Source: Vibrio cholerae ATCC 14035
Lineage (GTDB): Bacteria > Pseudomonadota > Gammaproteobacteria > Enterobacterales > Vibrionaceae
Reading direction: 5' to 3'
DNA: 32,000 nucleotides
NCBI RefSeq assembly: GCF_000621645.1
Contig: NZ_KK211322.1
Span: forward strand, 1-32,000
Part shown: piece after piece, positions 28,980 to 32,000 of the stretch
How the letters are laid out: each line of letters starts with the position of its first letter
Numbering within the stretch: position 1 is the stretch's first letter
Translations under genes and position numbers: made by a program
Notes under the pieces: generated by a model
What the model was told of the DNA's origin: nothing
What the model saw: only the letters and a program-made list of their open reading frames with translations
Databases searched by the model: none

Positions 28980-29779
28980 GTTATTTTGAGTCGTTCATTC
29001 TGGCTTTAATTCAAGGCTTTACCGAGTTTTTACCGATTTCTAGCTCCGCACACCTGATCTTGCCTTCGGCTATTTTAGGTTGGGAAGATCAAGGCTTGGC
29101 CTTTGATGTGGCGGTACACGTGGGAACGCTCGCCGCGGTCGTGCTCTATTTTCGAAAAGAAGTGGTTTCGTTATTAAGTGCTTTTTTTGCTTCGATTTTT
29201 AAAGGTGATCGCAGCAAAGAAGCCAAATTGGCGTGGTTGATCGTGCTGGCTACGATTCCGGCTTGTCTGTTCGGTTTTGTGATGAAAGATATTGTTGAGC
29301 TCTATTTGCGCAGCGCTTGGGTTATCGCGACAACGACTATCGTGTTTGGCCTTTTACTCTGGTATGTCGATAAACATGCAGAGCTCAAAGCCGACGAATA
29401 TCAAGCGGATTGGAAAAAAGCGCTGTTTATTGGTTTGGCGCAGGCCGTGGCTATTATTCCTGGCACTTCACGCTCTGGTGCAACCATCACTGCTGCGCTC
29501 TATCTTGGCTTTACCCGTGAAGCGGCGGCGCGTTTTTCATTCTTAATGTCGATTCCAATTATCGTATTGGCGGGCAGTTATCTCGGATTGAAACTGGTGA
29601 CCAGTGGTGAACCCGTACACAGCGGTTTCTTACTGACAGGCATCATCACTTCATTTATCAGTGCTTACATCTGTATTCACTTCTTCCTGAAGCTCATCTC
29701 TCGTATGGGCATGACCCCGTTTGTGATTTATCGCTTAGTGCTTGGTGTAGGCTTATTTGCGTTTTTATTAACTCAATAA
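28976..29779 (+). CDS. uppP: Undecaprenyl-diphosphate phosphatase UppP (BacA)
   Basis: 267 aa polytopic membrane protein. [14 protein letters not shown] and PGTSRSG motifs. The ATG overlaps the folK stop (ATGA). Confidence 0.95.
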
Positions 29780-29842
29780 TCACCTGCCAGCAAGCGCCTT
29801 TTCTAGGCTTTATGGTATAAATAGGCAGCATTCGAGCAAGTG

Positions 29843-29873
29843 ACCAACGCCACGATTTTGTGGCGTTGGTTTT
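29843..29873 (+). terminator. Hairpin plus short T-run after uppP and before ftsB
   Basis: 11-bp perfect stem accaacgccac (29843-29853) / gtggcgttggt (29860-29870), 6-nt loop, then ttt. Confidence 0.7.
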
Positions 29874-29893
29874 GAAAGAAAGATGGATTGGTT

Positions 29894-30178
29894 ATGCGAG
29901 TATTTGCTTTGACCCTAAGCCTGCTATTGGTCTGGCTGCTTTATACCCTGATGTGGGGCAAAAACGGTGTGATGGATTTTCGCGCTGTACAAGCGGAAAT
30001 TGAAGTGCAGCAGCAGGTGAATGCCAACCTTCACCTACGCAACCAAGAGATGTTTGCTGAAATTGATGACCTGCGCCAAGGGCTAGATGCGATTGAAGAG
30101 CGTGCCCGTAACGAATTGGGTATGGTCAAAGATGGAGAAACCTTCTATCGCATCATCGGTGAGGAGTCGCGCCAATGA
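29894..30178 (+). CDS. ftsB: Cell division protein FtsB
   Basis: [29 protein letters not shown]...[20 protein letters not shown] is collinear with E. coli FtsB. ATG at 29894 chosen; the TTG at 29888 is an alternative. Confidence 0.9.
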   Translation: MRVFALTLSLLLVWLLYTLMWGKNGVMDFRAVQAEIEVQQQVNANLHLRNQEMFAEIDDLRQGLDAIEERARNELGMVKDGETFYRIIGEESRQ

Positions 30179-30873
30179 ACAACATGACAGCGATTGTCCC
30201 CGCCGCGGGTGTGGGTCGCCGCATGCAAGCGGATCGCCCTAAGCAGTATTTAACCTTGCTCGATAAAACGGTGCTCGAACACACCGTTGAACATCTTTTA
30301 GAACATCCTCTCATCGAACACGTGGTAGTGGCGGTGAGTGCTGATGACCCCTATTTTGCGAATTTGCCTCTGGCGCATCATCCGCGTGTGATTCGTGTCG
30401 ATGGCGGCAAAGAGCGGGCGGATTCGGTATTGTCGGCACTGGAGTATGTCTGCCAGCATCGCCTCAGTGAATGGGTATTGGTGCATGATGCGGCGCGTCC
30501 GTGTGTGACTCACGCCGATATCACTCAGCTCATCACCACGGCTTTAGCTCATCCGATTGGTGCGATTTTGGCCTCGCCCGTGCGGGATACCATGAAACGT
30601 GGCGATCACTTACAGCAGATTGTGCATACGGTCGATCGCACTGCGCTCTGGCATGCGCTGACACCGCAAATGTTTCGTGCCCAATCACTGCGTGAGAGGT
30701 TATTCGCCGCTTTACAGCAGCAAGTCACGATTACCGATGAAGCCTCAGCCTTTGAATGGTGTGGTGAAAAGCCTGCTTTAGTGGCAGGACGTGCCGATAA
30801 TCTCAAAATTACTCAACCTGAAGATCTCGCGTTGGCCGAGTTCTATTTAAGTCGTAATAAGGAAAAATCATGA
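30175..30873 (+). CDS. ispD: 2-C-methyl-D-erythritol 4-phosphate cytidylyltransferase
   Basis: 232 aa. [25 protein letters not shown] and [21 protein letters not shown] match E. coli IspD. ATGA overlap with ftsB. Confidence 0.96.
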   Translation: MNNMTAIVPAAGVGRRMQADRPKQYLTLLDKTVLEHTVEHLLEHPLIEHVVVAVSADDPYFANLPLAHHPRVIRVDGGKERADSVLSALEYVCQHRLSEWVLVHDAARPCVTHADITQLITTALAHPIGAILASPVRDTMKRGDHLQQIVHTVDRTALWHALTPQMFRAQSLRERLFAALQQQVTITDEASAFEWCGEKPALVAGRADNLKITQPEDLALAEFYLSRNKEKS

Positions 30874-31346
30874 TCAGAATTGGCCACGGCTTTGATGTAC
30901 ACCGTTTTGGCGGCGAAGGTCCCATCATTATTGGTGGAGTGAAGATCCCTTATGAACAAGGATTGATCGCCCATTCTGACGGTGATGTGGCACTGCACGC
31001 ATTAAGTGATGCCTTGCTCGGCGCGATTGCTGCCGGAGACATTGGCCGCCACTTCCCGGATACCGATGATAAATGGAAAGGGGCAGACAGCCGCGAGCTC
31101 CTCAAAGATGTGTATCGCCGTGTCAAGGCGCAAGGTTATGTGCTTGGTAATGCGGACGTCACTATCATTGCCCAAGCGCCGAAAATGGCCCCTTATATTC
31201 AGGCGATGTGCGCGGCGATTGCCGAAGATCTGGAAACCGATCTGGGCAACATCAATGTCAAAGCGACCACGACAGAAAAACTCGGCTTTACCGGACGTAA
31301 AGAAGGTATTGCCTGTGAAGCGGTTGTACTTTTGCGCAAAGCTTAA
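30870..31346 (+). CDS. ispF: 2-C-methyl-D-erythritol 2,4-cyclodiphosphate synthase
   Basis: 158 aa. [40 protein letters not shown] matches E. coli IspF. ATGA overlap with ispD. Confidence 0.97.
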   Translation: MIRIGHGFDVHRFGGEGPIIIGGVKIPYEQGLIAHSDGDVALHALSDALLGAIAAGDIGRHFPDTDDKWKGADSRELLKDVYRRVKAQGYVLGNADVTIIAQAPKMAPYIQAMCAAIAEDLETDLGNINVKATTTEKLGFTGRKEGIACEAVVLLRKA

Positions 31347-31375
31347 CTCAGCCTATAAAAAATTTTGGAATTAAG

Positions 31376-32000
31376 ATGACTGATATTCTCTCTCCTCTGG
31401 CTTATTTGTGCGGTAAACCGACTGCGAAGGCCAAACTCAAAGCGCTGCCAGAACACTTCCAAGTCAATGAAGTGTTGGGCTACTCCTTAACGGGACACGG
31501 CGAGCACTTGATGGTGCGTATTCGTAAGACAGGGGAGAACACCAGCTTTGTGGCCAATGAATTAGCCAAAGCCTGTGGCGTACCTTCACGCGCGGTGAGC
31601 TGGGCGGGTTTAAAAGACAGGCATGCCGTTACCGAGCAGTGGTTGAGTGTGCATCTGCCGAATGGCGAAACGCCGGATTTCTCTGCGTTTCTAGCACAAT
31701 ACCCTAGCATTGAAATTCTTGAGGTGACTCGCCACGACAAAAAGCTTCGTCCGGGTGATTTGCAAGGCAATGAATTTGTCGTCACCCTATCGGAAGTAAG
31801 CGATGTTGCAGCGGTATTAAGCCGTTTAGAAACGGTTGCTGAATTGGGCGTTCCCAATTACTTCGGTAGCCAGCGTTTTGGACGTCATGGCAATAACCTC
31901 AGTGAGGCGCGCCGTTGGGGGCGTGACAATGTCCGTTCGCGCAATCAGAATCAGCGCAGCTTATATCTGTCTGCGGCTCGTTCGTGGATTTTCAACCAGA
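31376..32000 (+). CDS. truD: tRNA pseudouridine(13) synthase TruD, N-terminal ~208 codons (3' end outside the window)
   Basis: Not in the ORF track because no stop falls within the window. From the ATG at 31376: MTDILSPLAYLCGKP...GEHLMVRIRKTGENT.FVANELAK...AGLKDRHAVTEQW...GVPNYFGSQRFG, collinear with E. coli TruD. Follows ispF, as in E. coli. Confidence 0.9.
   Translation, partial: MTDILSPLAYLCGKPTAKAKLKALPEHFQVNEVLGYSLTGHGEHLMVRIRKTGENTSFVANELAKACGVPSRAVSWAGLKDRHAVTEQWLSVHLPNGETPDFSAFLAQYPSIEILEVTRHDKKLRPGDLQGNEFVVTLSEVSDVAAVLSRLETVAELGVPNYFGSQRFGRHGNNLSEARRWGRDNVRSRNQNQRSLYLSAARSWIFNQ

Noticed and set aside
1-32000. Search for CRISPR arrays, integron attC/VCR repeats, IS elements, prophage or defence-system genes, rRNA genes and riboswitches (including a glmS ribozyme).
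   Set aside because: No regularly spaced repeats, transposase/integrase-like ORFs or defence-type domains were seen. The glmS leader is only 62 bp and shows no ribozyme-like structure. All ORFs over 100 aa are accounted for by conserved genes.

Overview
This window reads as a conserved, mostly housekeeping stretch of a Vibrio cholerae-type large chromosome, about 47-48% GC by eye. Gene order: tkt (5'-truncated by the window edge), the iron-regulated irgB/irgA pair, epd-pgk-fba, mscS, argO and argP (divergent), yggE-like, pykF, a DeoR-family regulator followed by glmS, an orphan TRAP solute-binding protein, a two-domain OlsF-type acyltransferase, one tRNA(CAU), rpoD-dnaG-yqeY-like-rpsU (minus strand), tsaD, an alpha/beta hydrolase, plsY, folB-folK-uppP, ftsB-ispD-ispF, and the 5' part of truD. 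Nearly every gene has a clear E. coli or V. cholerae counterpart. Several six-frame ORFs carry false N-terminal extensions, which I trimmed using homologue N-termini and Shine-Dalgarno positions. I see no CRISPR array, integrase, transposase, phage gene, toxin-antitoxin pair or recognisable defence cassette, and I cannot honestly point to a new multi-gene system here. Worth a second look: (1) the tRNA between olsF and rpoD looks like the unoccupied integration site that, as I recall, carries the ~27 kb VSP-II island in seventh-pandemic strains; (2) that tRNA looks like tRNA-Ile2 rather than tRNA-Met; (3) a 43-codon hydrophobic ORF below the ORF-track cutoff has a good SD and its own terminator; (4) candidate operators: a Fur box at irgA, Pho-box-like repeats at olsF, a PurR-type palindrome before fba, a TTTCG/CGAAA array at the DeoR gene, and palindromes upstream of pykF; (5) an orphan TakP-like TRAP binding protein. 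All operator and promoter calls are by-eye pattern matches and need computational or experimental confirmation.
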